DNA of 61,293 nt from Alloascoidea hylecoeti (lineage: Eukaryota). A model generated the notes under the pieces. It was given only the letters and a program-made list of their open reading frames with translations, was not told the DNA's origin and searched no databases. Below are positions 11,929-24,400 of the stretch, in pieces; position 1 is the stretch's first letter; the number at the start of each line of letters is the position of its first letter. The stretch covers positions 186,001 to 247,293 of the forward strand of contig BCKZ01000025.1 of assembly GCA_001600815.1 (NCBI GenBank). The letters are read 5' to 3'. A program made the translations under genes and the position numbers.

Positions 11929-13479
11929 TTAGGTTTTCACGGCTTCTTCCTCATTCTTTTTTGCAGCTTCATTAGTTCGATGCTGAGCATATTTGAAATT
12001 GGCTATCAGTAGTATAGTATTTACTACAATCCAAGCAAATAGAATTCCTACACTTCTACCTATGATACTTTTTGCCCCAAACAGAATGGTCCTATTAGTA
12101 CGAGCAGCTTGATATAAAGGCATCATATAACCATATTTGTAAACACCAGGCATCAACTCAAATGGCGTGAAGGCAACAGCCGAATTCAGCATTACCCAAG
12201 TAATAATACCAAAACCTAATAATGGCGGGAACACTGGAAATATGAGTAGTGCCCAATTTTCAGTAGCACCACCAAGAGCACACATAGTTAACCAATTCAT
12301 CATCCAGTATACCACGAATCCACCCCTTCCATATTTATGAGTGAAGTCAACCTGAAATGCCAAAGAAACCATTGAATATGCAAGTGATAAGAAGAAATAC
12401 GAAACAACATTAATAAAAATTCTATAAAGAACATATTCAAAAAATGGGACCTTCCCTTGCATTATTGCATGAATCTGAAGAAAAAATAAGAATTGGAAGA
12501 ACGAAATAACAATTAAGAAGACAAGACCAGTTAAAACAATAACCTGTGACACATCTCCAAAAAAAGGAAGAACATTAACAGTAGTTAAACTAACGGGGTT
12601 TGATATTAGTTGTGGCACTTCACTTAGAAGTCTTGCCTGCTCTGAATCTGTAAAATCATGTGTTATATTTGAGTTAAATTCCCTAGTAAATGATTTGACA
12701 AATACAGCACTTAAAGAATTAACTTGAGATAAGACAGTAGCTTGTGTCGTTTCTAATCGTGCTTGGGCATAGATATATTGTATCAAATAATCCGAAGTAA
12801 ACGAGGAATTGAATGTTTCCCTGGCAGAGAGAATGGCCTCAGTAGCATTACGATTTATAACAATTGCGCCCCATGCCTTTTCCTCAATCATATCATGGTG
12901 AATCTTTTGTAAACCATCTTCAGTATAATTAATATTTTTAATATGATAGTTAAGACTGCTATCTCCAGTGAAGTATTTTGTGGTTGCAATTAAACTAGGA
13001 CCAACAATTGGAGCAGAGCCGTTATATCCTTCATCCCAATCAATAACCCATATTTTTAAATTATGATATCTTTCATTTCTTTTATAATAACTTCCCCAAA
13101 ATACCGATAGTGACGCCAAAACCAAAGAAGACATTAATATAACAACTGGTATGAATTTAACAAAAACCTTTCGATGGTCTTCCATTAATGAAGCATCAAA
13201 TATATGTACTACACGTTCGACAACAACTGTACTTGCTCTTCTTATAGCACTCATAGCTTTTGATGCTGTAGTATCTGATCGCTTCAGAGATCTATGGTTC
13301 CCATCTGATGAATTTCGATATTGGAGAATACCGCTATTCGCACCACCTGTATCATTGATATTATTGCTGTTATCAAGTCCTTGGTTTCTTAACGTTTCAT
13401 GATAAGTAGAGTTATCTAAAGCTTCGCTGTCAAGACTATCTCTATTACTATCATTATTAATAGATTTTTCTGAGAGCAT
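11929..13479 (-). CDS. SNG1: SNG1/DUF3533-family membrane protein, copy B
   Basis: 516 aa; near-identical to copy A in the core, diverged at both termini. Confidence 0.8.
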   Translation of the reverse strand: MLSEKSINNDSNRDSLDSEALDNSTYHETLRNQGLDNSNNINDTGGANSGILQYRNSSDGNHRSLKRSDTTASKAMSAIRRASTVVVERVVHIFDASLMEDHRKVFVKFIPVVILMSSLVLASLSVFWGSYYKRNERYHNLKIWVIDWDEGYNGSAPIVGPSLIATTKYFTGDSSLNYHIKNINYTEDGLQKIHHDMIEEKAWGAIVINRNATEAILSARETFNSSFTSDYLIQYIYAQARLETTQATVLSQVNSLSAVFVKSFTREFNSNITHDFTDSEQARLLSEVPQLISNPVSLTTVNVLPFFGDVSQVIVLTGLVFLIVISFFQFLFFLQIHAIMQGKVPFFEYVLYRIFINVVSYFFLSLAYSMVSLAFQVDFTHKYGRGGFVVYWMMNWLTMCALGGATENWALLIFPVFPPLLGFGIITWVMLNSAVAFTPFELMPGVYKYGYMMPLYQAARTNRTILFGAKSIIGRSVGILFAWIVVNTILLIANFKYAQHRTNEAAKKNEEEAVKT

Positions 13480-13807
13480 CGATATTTATGTAAGTACTGT
13501 GGATAATGCTGAGGTGAATATTCTTTGCAATTGAGAAATGAAAAGTTATTAGAAATGTAACTGTTTGGAGGATTATTAATTAACTTTTATAAAGATATTG
13601 CCTACTTATATATATTTTAGGACAAATAGACTAAATTAAAAAGATAAGGTGTATAACAAGCTCATTATATTAAATCTTCGGATGTAGAAAGAACCCGAAT
13701 TTTAGATTTTAGATTCGGAACGTATTTGAATTGTTATGTTCTTTTATATTTCTACATACAAGACTATTCTCGGATATATATTTCTTTCTTATTGGTGGAA
13801 TTATTTT

Positions 13808-13826
13808 GGGGGGGGGGGGGGGGGGG
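13808..13826 (+). repeat. poly-G tract (19 G)
   Basis: direct count; about 330 bp upstream of the SNG1 copy B ATG. Confidence 0.9.
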
Positions 13827-15474
13827 TGTATCTGGCATCGCCTTTTCTTGTTAACTGAAATTATTTCTGTATTTAATAGTCAACGATTTCGTTACTGGAA
13901 TGTTGAATATATGCTTTTTTATTCTCATATGAACGCATCGTTCTCATTTCACTCAATGTTCAAGTTATTTGGAGGTAAGAGGAATCATAAACAATTTCCT
14001 AAACAGGAGTTATTCTTCACGTTTTAAACATATTTGTTGGTTAAGGCTTAATCATACGTTATGTTATCAGGATAATTTTTGTTTCATTTTTCAATACTAA
14101 TCTTATTACCTTCTATAATATTTTACCCTATTGTGAGCCGACCTTTTTTCTTATAAATTAGTTACACTTGTTATACAACGTTCACTTTGTCTAAACTTAA
14201 TTTGGACAAGTTTACTACTTTCTAATGCATATATGCATTTGAGATTACTTGTTGTGGTGTAAGCCACATTTTCAGTATATCTTCTCAAAAATCACTACCT
14301 GATTCCTAGCATGATGAATCTACTCATAATAGACTATAGATTATCAAGAATTGGCTGATCAATTCCCAAAATATTTCCCTTACTCCCACGAAAATAACGA
14401 AATGAATAAGGGGCAAAGTCGTAACTACAAAAATAAGAAATCAACCTTAGACAACGCATCCTTTTTGCTCCACTTTTTCTTTATACATCACAACTCTTAT
14501 ACATAACTTATATAATAACTCTTTTGACTCAATATATACACATCATATATCCAATTTTAAGAAAACGTTATAGTTGAACTGTTGAGAAATCCACTTTTTA
14601 CGATAAGTGTATAAAGGCGTTTACATACAGTAGGGCCCGTTTTCATCTTTATTGTCAATTAACTCAAAATCTACAAATATATGGTTAATAAGTTTAACAT
14701 ACATGCTCCTCTCACCTCGATCATTCTTATTTCAAATTTTGATATAAAGTTAATAGGGTAATTTAAGAGAAATCCACGTTTTAACATAATATTCACCCTG
14801 AGTGAAAGCATGCAAAACTTCCAGAATGGGCGATCTGGGGTATAGTTTCAGGAACATTTTATTGCCGTATGCCTTATTCAACACAATCCGCCTAAAGTTT
14901 CTCACATTTTATCAAACTTGGTGTTCAGTTCACACCTAATTCTTTTGCACCCTCTACCTTTACTACCATTGTTACACAGAGATTTAGAATAGACATAAGT
15001 ATTTCAAGAGCAAAAAAATAAATTATTATTTTGCTGATAAGAAGGTTAAATCCAACCACCATATAGAGGTTCATAATTAGTTATTATAATGGCTTATAAC
15101 TCATCTTTTTCTCTAACCCACCAAACAAAGTTGACTACAGATCTAGAAAATTAAGTTGTAATTAATTATTTAGATGATTATTTATGGTTCTATGCTGGAT
15201 CTCAGCTCAATCTGTCATCCTAAATTTACTCAAAACATTAATTGAGTTTATAATTATAAGAATTGGTTACTACTTATCATGACAGGGGAAACAAAGATAT
15301 TAAAAGATCTTGAGCATGATCTTAAGCTGTTCCAGATTCTACGACTATCGGTATACTATAATTGTAATAAATAAATTGATTACTAAAAACTTGATTATAT
15401 ATATCAGCCCGATAAAAGGTTAAGATTTACATAAAGATTACTTACTTGTTATGCAGTGTTTAAATTTACACTTA

Positions 15475-15675
15475 ATAAATTCAGACCGCAATATACTTTA
15501 ATATTCAACTTTTTTGTGAAATAAATATTCAGCCAGAATTTAGATTAAATATTCGTCCCAATGAATGGTTGGCCACATGATGAACAAAATAATCGAATTT
15601 TCGTGCATATGTGTGAATAAATATCGGCCACATAATGGACTAATGTTCAACCTTTTGAACTAAATATTTAGTCGA
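15475..15675 (+). repeat. second degenerate array of the TAAATATTCGRCCAC-like unit
   Basis: taaatattcagccag, taaatattcgtccc, taaatatcggccac, taatgttcaacc, taaatatttagtcg. Confidence 0.5.
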
Positions 15676-16303
15676 TCATATAACTTACAAGTAGCTATAG
15701 ATAGGGTATTAGTAACGGTAAGGCAAAGACAAAGCTTAAGCTTAATGTTACAAAAACTAATCATTAAATAAAGATTGTTGAGACTATAGATGAATCCTAA
15801 TCTATGAGGAGAAGAATCTGGGGATATCTTACTCTACACTAGCGGTTAAATTGCGGACTTAACGTTAGTCAGCCTGTCATATCGGAGGTATCGTATGTAA
15901 ATAAGAAAAGATTAATTACTTTCTTTTTTGTTTTTTTTAAAGAATTCAAACTATTTAGGCAGCCAATCATTATCTTCAGATCCCAAACACGATATCAATG
16001 CTAGGTAAATATTAATAATATAGCTGAAAGTGCTTCTTTAAAATTTGCCACATTAATGGGATGTAAGTATGATTGACGTAGAGACCTTTCCAGAACACTC
16101 TGTATTATTATAATAGTCCGCAAAGTGGATGATTACACATGCTCATCGCATACTTAGCCATACTAACGGTGGCTCAGCCAGTATAACTTAGCTTACAAAT
16201 TTTAAACAAAGATTTTATGTTTAAGCAAATCACTGCCCCACAACTAGTTCAATATAAATAGAGTCAAATGTCCCCAGACAATCTTTCTCCGATTATATCT
16301 TTA

Positions 16304-17977
16304 ATGTCTTGTCCGAATCAAAAACAAAAAGACTCTTGCGCTTGCAAAAGCATTGAAAACCCATCAACCTCCTCTTTAAAGTACAGTATTGCTGAACAAA
16401 TCAGTGGAATTGATGATATCGATACTTTAAAACAACTATCTTATAGACTTATTGAAAAGGTTAACAATTCAAATGACCTCGAAAAATATCTTGATAATCT
16501 TCAATGCGTGGGATCAGAATTGTCTTCCATAGATGATTTCAAAGCCTACTTTACAGAGAATGAAGAAAAAGGAAAACGTTTTCATGGAAGGGGTGATCGT
16601 CACTACGGCCACCGTCGTAATCATTCTCCAGATGATCGCGGTTTCAATAACTATGGTCCTCCTCCTCCACCCTTTTCAAAGAATGAAGAATATTTCCATG
16701 GGAAAGATGATCGTCACTTTGGACGTCGTCATCGTCATCATTCCCCAGATGATTGCGGTTTCAATCACTATGGTCCTCTTTTTTCAAGAAGTGAGGAAGA
16801 AGAAAATGAATTTTATGGAAGATTTGATTGTCACTTTGGACCCCGTCGTAATCATTCCCCTGGTGATCGCGGCTTCAATCATTATGGTCCTCCTCCTCCT
16901 CCTTTTTTAAGGAATGGAGAATATTTTCATGGGAAAGATGACCGTCATTTTGGACGCCAGCGTAATCGTTCCCCAGATAATCGCGGCTTCAATAACTATG
17001 GTCCTCCTCCTCCTTTTTCGAGAAATGAAGAATATTTTCATGGAAAAGATGGTCGTCACTTTGGACCTCGTCGTAACCATTCCCATGATCGCGGCTTCAA
17101 TCCCCGTGGTCCTCCCCCTCCTCCTCCCCCTCCTTTTTTAGAATATTTCCATGGAAAGGATTATCGTCATTTTGGACCCCGTCTTCATCATTCTCCAGAT
17201 CACGGCTTCAATCACCATGGTCCTCCTCCTCCTCCTCCTCCTCCTCCTCCTCCTCCTCCTCCTCCTTTTTTTGACCCTTACCAATCTGGAAGCCCTTGGA
17301 AAATGGCTCCTTATTTCGGATATCCTGATCCTCATGCATACATATATGGAAAATTTGGTGGTTCTAAAAGAGGATTCTTTCCTTTTAAATTTTCCAAGGC
17401 TAATCCATGGATAAGATATGAAAACTTTGATTCTTCTTCTTCTTCTTCTTCTTTCAGTGAAAGCACTTCTAGTGATGAAAGCGAAGGTCATCATAGCCGT
17501 CGAGGTTCATCTGATTCCTGTCCCGTATTTCAAGAGAGTTATAGTGATGATCATGACCATCCTCACACTAAGAAGAAGCATTCCAAAGGTGGGAAATCTA
17601 AAAAAGGGTCAAGAAAGCATAATCCTAAATACTTTCATCAAGATAATTTTGGAGAACGTCCAGATTTTCGTGGAGGTTATCCCCATCATAAACGCCCACA
17701 TTTTTCAAAAGAACATTCTATAAGAAAAGGTCCTGCTGAATATCAATACCCCACATGCCCTGATAAAACAACATTTAACAAAAATTGTTGTAAATCAGAT
17801 GATTTTTCTAGTAATAAATTCCCTGTTTTCCATGAAGAGGGATCCAAGGATTCAAAACTTGCCGAATCACCTGAAACTGCTAGTAAGTTATCTGTTTCTG
17901 ATGAGAAAAAAGTAGAGGATCCAACAGATGAGAAAGCAAAAGTTTCAGAAGAGAAAATAGTGGGAATTCAGCAATAG
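16304..17977 (+). CDS. orphan His/Arg/Pro repeat protein, paralog of 8960..10672
   Basis: ORF is open from 16268, but MSCPN at 16304 aligns with the paralog start and 16268 is only 8 bp past the TATA; 6 units of EYFHGKDxRHFGxRRNHSPDxRGFNHYGP(P)n. Confidence 0.85.
   Translation: MSCPNQKQKDSCACKSIENPSTSSLKYSIAEQISGIDDIDTLKQLSYRLIEKVNNSNDLEKYLDNLQCVGSELSSIDDFKAYFTENEEKGKRFHGRGDRHYGHRRNHSPDDRGFNNYGPPPPPFSKNEEYFHGKDDRHFGRRHRHHSPDDCGFNHYGPLFSRSEEEENEFYGRFDCHFGPRRNHSPGDRGFNHYGPPPPPFLRNGEYFHGKDDRHFGRQRNRSPDNRGFNNYGPPPPFSRNEEYFHGKDGRHFGPRRNHSHDRGFNPRGPPPPPPPPFLEYFHGKDYRHFGPRLHHSPDHGFNHHGPPPPPPPPPPPPPPPFFDPYQSGSPWKMAPYFGYPDPHAYIYGKFGGSKRGFFPFKFSKANPWIRYENFDSSSSSSSFSESTSSDESEGHHSRRGSSDSCPVFQESYSDDHDHPHTKKKHSKGGKSKKGSRKHNPKYFHQDNFGERPDFRGGYPHHKRPHFSKEHSIRKGPAEYQYPTCPDKTTFNKNCCKSDDFSSNKFPVFHEEGSKDSKLAESPETASKLSVSDEKKVEDPTDEKAKVSEEKIVGIQQ
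17222..17266 (+). repeat. (CCT)15 microsatellite encoding poly-Pro
   Basis: direct reading. Confidence 0.85.
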
Positions 17978-19531
17978 AAATTATGAATGAAGAGGAATTA
18001 CCGGTAAATATATATGAATAAAGGAAATTATTGTGATCATTTATGTTTTATAATAAAATATATACCATATAAAGTAGTTTAATACAATAAAAGCTAAATA
18101 TCTAATTACTTTAAATTTTGTAAGACGTTAGAGCGCTAGCTGTAGAACTATCTAATTATAACCTATGTGTTAGACTGTTAGCTATAGAGTTGCTCACTGA
18201 ACTCTCTCTCTATCTTTTAATTGTTTGATCTATAAAGATAAGCCCTATATAATCATCATAATAATAATCTTTAAATTCATATATTCCGTTACATACATGT
18301 AAGATCTTATATCTACTTAACCTTACAATACATTAATCTATAACTTAGATATAACCAAATATTAAGACTTTATTAAGTAATTAAAAGAAAATTAACATAT
18401 AATATTCGAATAAATTAGTCTACCACTTGTTCTACACATCATGACTACTTATTTTTTTAAAAGATTTAAATAGAGGCATGTTGAATTGGATGTATATAGT
18501 TTGTAAAATTTGTTTACCTGATCTTCTAATCTCGTGCTCAATTTTGACCATATATAATTTTCTCAATAGAATAAGTGTATTTATCGACTTTCCAAAAGAT
18601 CTTTTTTCAGGAACTAAATTTATTAATACTGACGTCCATAACAAAATACTTTTTAATGTGAGTGTTAAAGTATATGAAGTTGAGTATACCTTGGTATAAG
18701 TTATATCCCGAGTACTGCGGTAATGCAAGGCAACAGTCCAATTACTTATTTTAATGGTAATGGTGATAATCCAATATTAAATTTAAAGCTGTAATTAAGT
18801 TTAACTATAAATAGAATTAATAATAAAGTGAAAGTCACTTTAAATAACTTTATTTTTGCCCATATGGGATTGCGAACGGCTGAAAATCTTACTTACTCTG
18901 GAAATTTTAAACTTTCTATCTAGCTGTAGGTATTTTACTTTTACTAATTGCAAAGTATATATGTTTTCATTAACATTAAATTTTTCAGAATAATAAAAAG
19001 TAGCCTGTAATTATAAATTTTTTATCGGTTTAATATCAACTATTCTCAGTCCAGTTTGGTTTTCTGTTGCTCCAGTTTTCCCTTGATAAATGTTCCACAG
19101 TACAATTTTTACTAATAATCTTAAATCTTAACAATGAAGCTCTGTTTTAGTACATGACAAGCACAACAATATTTTGAAAATGATGACGGAAGCATATTAA
19201 ATCTTTTATTAATATTTGACTATTGTCCCACGCCGCCCATGGGCTATTATAAAGCTGCAGAAAGTATCATCGCATCCCGGCGCGGTTGTAGTCTAACCAT
19301 ATATGCAATTGTAATTAACAATGTCTGCATAATCCCGAAGAAATAAGGTATAGGTATCATGCATCGTGTGAAACTTTTACAACCAATTACCGGAAATTTT
19401 TCATTTTATTTATATTTTGAAAATGGTGACTATTCTTTCTCCTCTTCTCAAAAGTTTATTTTCCGCTATTAGCTATAGAGCTCATATCTTTATATAGCAC
19501 TCTTAAGCTGAAAAATCGAAATTTTAATTAA

Positions 19532-21217
19532 ATGGAGGGGCAGATAAAAGATCTCGAAAAGAATCAAGGGAAATATTTCAATGATGAATTAGATCCGGTA
19601 TCAAAAGCAGAAGTTTACACAAAAATCTCGAATTCGACAGAAACTTCTGATGAGAAACCACAGTATAAATCTCCATTCAAACAAGGAGAAATTCATCGAT
19701 CGTTGAAAACAAGACATGTTTCTATGATTGCTTTGGGTGGTACTATTGGTACAGGTTTATTCATTGGTACAGCCTCTCCACTTCAAAATGCTGGTCCAGT
19801 TAGTATGCTAATATCATATATTTGGATGGGTACTATAGTCTTTAGTGTGACTCAATCTCTAGGAGAAATGGCCACCTTTATCCCAGTTGCAGGTTCCACT
19901 GCCGCTTTTGCAACAAGATTTCTATCACCAGCTATTGGTGCCGCAAATGGTTGGTTATATTGGATAAATTGGGCCATTACATTTGCAATTGAAATAGATG
20001 CTGTTGGACTTGTTATTCAATATTGGACAGATGCTGTTCCAGTTGCTGCTTGGATTGCAATTTGTTTCGTTATTTTAACATGTGCCAACATGTTTCCTGT
20101 CAAAATTTACGGTGAAGTTGAGTTCTGGATTGCTTTCATTAAAATTATTGCAATCATTGGATGGCTTCTTTATGCTTTCATTATGATATGTGGAGCTGGT
20201 AAAACTGGACCTATAGGATTTAGATATTGGAGAAACCCAGGGCCTTGGGGACCAGGTATTTTGGTTAAGAGTAATATCAACACAGCTCGATTCCTCGGAT
20301 GGCTTTCATCTCTTGTGAATGCTGCATTTACATTTCAAGGTACAGAATTAGCAGGAATTTCAGCGGGTGAGTCAGCCAATCCACGAAAAGCTGTCCCAGC
20401 TGCCATAAATAAGGTATTTTATCGAATTATTATCTTCTACATTTTAACTTGTCTTTTCATTGGATTATTAGTACCTTATAATGACCCTCAATTAAACTCA
20501 GATGAATCATATGTTTCAGCATCACCATTTATTATTGCAATTTTGAATTGTGGAACTCCTGTATTACCCCACATAATCAATGCAGTTATTCTTTCAACAG
20601 TACTTTCAGCAGCAAATTCTAATATATATGTTGGCTCGAGAGTTCTTTATGCTCTAGGAGAAACTGGCGTTGGTCCAAAATTTTTTACATGGACGACACC
20701 TTGGGGAATTCCATACATCGGAGTTATTTCCACCTCTCTCATTGGATTACTGGCTTTCATGGCCACTTCCTCTGGCGCTTTAACTGTATTCAACTGGTTT
20801 GTTAACATCTCATCAATTTCGGGTATCATATGCTGGGCATGTATCTCGATATCTCACATACGATTCATGGATGCTTTGAAAGCCCGAGGAATCTCTAGAG
20901 ATGATCTACCATTCAAAGCCAAAGGTGGAAGAATCTTGCCATGGTACTCATTTTTCTTTCTTGTTCTAATTACATTTGTTCAAGGATTTCAATCATTTTT
21001 TGGGTTTAATGTGACTGACTTTTTCACTGCATATATTTCGCTTATAATCTTCGTTGCCTTTTGGATTTTTTTCCAATTATTCTTTTTCCAAAAACCATAT
21101 CTTTATAGAGCAGATGAAATTGATATCGATACAGGAAGAAGGGAAATTGATGCCATAGTTTGGGAAGAGCATCCACCAAAGAATTTATGGGAGAAATTTT
21201 GGGCTATCGCAGCATAA
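19532..21217 (+). CDS. basic amino acid permease (YAT/APC family, CAN1/LYP1/ALP1-like), copy 1
   Basis: [40 protein letters not shown] motifs. Confidence 0.92.
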   Translation: MEGQIKDLEKNQGKYFNDELDPVSKAEVYTKISNSTETSDEKPQYKSPFKQGEIHRSLKTRHVSMIALGGTIGTGLFIGTASPLQNAGPVSMLISYIWMGTIVFSVTQSLGEMATFIPVAGSTAAFATRFLSPAIGAANGWLYWINWAITFAIEIDAVGLVIQYWTDAVPVAAWIAICFVILTCANMFPVKIYGEVEFWIAFIKIIAIIGWLLYAFIMICGAGKTGPIGFRYWRNPGPWGPGILVKSNINTARFLGWLSSLVNAAFTFQGTELAGISAGESANPRKAVPAAINKVFYRIIIFYILTCLFIGLLVPYNDPQLNSDESYVSASPFIIAILNCGTPVLPHIINAVILSTVLSAANSNIYVGSRVLYALGETGVGPKFFTWTTPWGIPYIGVISTSLIGLLAFMATSSGALTVFNWFVNISSISGIICWACISISHIRFMDALKARGISRDDLPFKAKGGRILPWYSFFFLVLITFVQGFQSFFGFNVTDFFTAYISLIIFVAFWIFFQLFFFQKPYLYRADEIDIDTGRREIDAIVWEEHPPKNLWEKFWAIAA

Positions 21218-21919
21218 ATTGGTAGCTATAATTATGCAATTTTAGTAACTAATTAGCTATAGTGGGGAAATTTTCAAATCTGTTTTTTTATCATGAATAT
21301 TAATTTTTATTTATAATTAAAACTTAATGGCATATTGATTATATATAATATTGAGAAATTATGTTAGCATAGGAGTTTATAATATATAATGAAGCGACCT
21401 TACAAATATGTTTTTTATTTTTGTTGTAGGCAAATATAAACGCAAATATTTTTGCTTTAAAAGCTAAGAATATTTGAACCTATGCAGGTATAAAATAACA
21501 ACGGCTTGTCTTAATCGTATATGTACGGATGACATATACGACAGAGTACTTAATTATAAAGTTTCGGAAGTAAAAGATTTTATATAAACTTTACACTAGT
21601 TCTATACGCTGATCTGTAACATTAATACATCTAATAAAATTCCGGTAACAACAACATTTCTTTTTTAAAATATCTTACACAGACAAGCAGATATTTAATG
21701 TAAGGAATACTTTTTATTTATTTAATCCTAAAACTTCTATTCTTTATGTTATTATTTTCCTTTGTAACCTGCCTAGGTATGTTCAATATCATCAATTCTT
21801 ATTAAGATTTCTATCAATATCTATTAAAAGTCTTTATGTATTATTCCATATCTAGATATGATTCCCAACATTAAAAAATTATAACTATATTAAACTACCC
21901 GTTATAATACTTCTTTGAT

Positions 21920-22045
21920 ATACACCTCTGAATCAATCTTTCCCTGAAACTTCTCTATAACAATTGAATATCACATATTTTTCATCGTTTTGTAATAGAA
22001 CCCTGCGGTCTCACGAAGATAATTTTAGCTTTCCCCCAATTGGTT
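21920..22045 (-). mobile_element. short third fragment of the Tc1-like relic
   Basis: tacacctc..ttccctgaaacttctc..aagataattttagctt aligns with 8153-8279. Confidence 0.55.
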
Positions 22046-24400
22046 GGGTATACTTTAAAAAGCTAGTCTGAGCATAGTTATGACATGCTCTGATCAAATG
22101 AACAATATATTACTTTTGTTCTGAAGTCAGCCGAGTCATTTATATTTCAAATGATCAAAGATTAATGTTTCGATGATATTTTCAAATAAAGTCTACCAAG
22201 CGGTTTACGCATTCTGAGTGAAACAACATTGTACCCTAACTACTGATGAGTCAATGATGACCTACGATATTTAAGTATGTCTCGGGCTTGACTTTTCTGA
22301 GATTCCTAAATCATTGCAATATTTGAGTATTCCTGGACTTGATTCATCAAAAATACAAAGCGTTACATAAGACACATATTCGAAAGTTTTATTAAATATT
22401 CATATAATTATATCAGAAGCTGAAACTAGAACACCCATTCACAATTGTTTCTTGATATACATCGATATCTAGACCTTTTATCAAAGAGAAAAATTGCAAG
22501 TTTCAAATAATAGTTTAAATGAGCCAATTATATAACTAATCATCGAGATAATTGTGAAACCTTCGCTATAGAAAATACGAATTACATAGTTGATTCAGAA
22601 TTAATTCAATACTGGAATAAGAAATCGAATCTGAATTTTAGCTTCAATGCTATTCGAGTCACATACGTATACTATAAGGATCCCAGGGGTAAAAAGTAAG
22701 AAGATAAAACTTTTATAAATATGCACACAGAAAGATAGAGGGATTTGGCTCTTTTTATATATGTATTATGGATAGTAACTCTAAACTATAGCGCTATATG
22801 TAAACCTAGTATTTACGTAGTAATTTTCATGATTCAATAAATAATAGTCACCGATGGACCGGCAATGGCCCACTGATTTATTTGAGATTTATCCTTTAAT
22901 TTATCATCCTCAGCCACTGTGAATTTTCGAAATCGTACTATATTCCTAATATTTGCCTATGGCCTTTCAAAGGCGTTGATTAATTTCATTGGACTTTATA
23001 ATAAAAATAACAACTGGCTATGTTCGTATGTAGAAACCGACAGCAGCCCCAAAGAAAGACGGCGCGGAGTGTTTATTTTATACATATAGGCCTCGGCGAA
23101 ACTTTTCATATGCAGAAATGCATCGGGACCGTTTCTCCTGCATATGAAAAAGCTTAATTGATCATGATATTCCGCAATCACGTGCATACAATTTTTTAAG
23201 GAAACACTGACGATATTTCGGCGTAATAGCATAGTGTCAAAAAATTACAATTGTCAAGTAGCTACAACTGAATATATTTATCCGAGGTTCAAAATTTATA
23301 CAGCGGTTAAAATATTAAGTGTAAAGCTTTAATATAATGATAGAAAAAAGGGTGTATTTCTGCTGATTTCGAGTAGCTAGGTCTGCTTTTATTCCTGAGA
23401 TTCATCCCATTAGCGTGGAATATCCTAAATTAATAGTTAGCATGTCAGGAGTATGACATGCATTATAGTATGATGTCACTGTGAACGGATATAAAAATTT
23501 CAAAACCATGAATCCCAATTAGGAGATTGGATTCGGAACATTTTGAATGAAATACATGATATATTCAATTGCAATAGCAAAAATATGATTAGAAATGTAA
23601 GCGTTGAAAAAATTGTATTTCAACTCATCATATTAAACTGGAAATTATGGCCAATATTAATGGTATCAGCTTATAAGTAGCTACTTCCCAGATATCAGTG
23701 ATAGTCGGTATTACCAGGGACACTCAAACTTAAAACTAGGAACCTTTAGATTAATATTGAATTTATAATGATCAATTATATAAGAATTGCAATTCCAAAG
23801 TGAGGAGAATTTTTTTTGAGGTTTAAATACCAAAGAATAATTGAAAGCAAAAGTTTAGGGGGTTAATGAAATCTCTCGTTATAATTAGTCTAAATACTAT
23901 CACTTGAGTAGGTTAACGTTATGTTATAATTATAGCTTTATTTTAATGTAAATTAAGTAGAACAGTTAATTATTTTCACAGGAAGCTTTAGTTAAGTAAT
24001 TCTAAGTTTTATAGTGCAAATACACTTATAATGGAGATATTCGTTTTGATATATCTATAATAATAAAGAATAAAGATTATATATAATGCATGTCCCCACA
24101 ATTGCAAATTTAAAGTATACGCTGTGCCAACATACTCCCTGTCCTTGTTAGTAATCGTACTCTATTTAATGGCCAATCGAAATTAAATTTAGAGACTTTA
24201 TCTATATATCCATGATTATTCATATAGAAAATTTTATACTATTATAAAAGTATCTGCTCATCATAATTTTCCTTTAATTATAAGAAGGTGGGGTTTTATT
24301 CATAATTATTTTTGTATTAATTGTTTGCTCATATTCTTTATATAACTGTACCACCTCTCGGTAATTGTAATATTGAAGTTCATTATATAGGACTGATAAA

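Noticed and set aside
16268..16303. 12-aa N-terminal extension of the His/Pro paralog
   Set aside because: The ATG is only 8 bp after the TATA box, and the paralog starts at the second Met
16533..17723. Alternative-frame ORFs inside the repeat gene
   Set aside because: Shadows of codon-periodic repeats
22231..22270. TLTTDESMMTY, resembling the piggyBac DESM motif
   Set aside because: Single short motif with no supporting frame or TTAA-flanked ends; it could equally be just a TGAGTCA site
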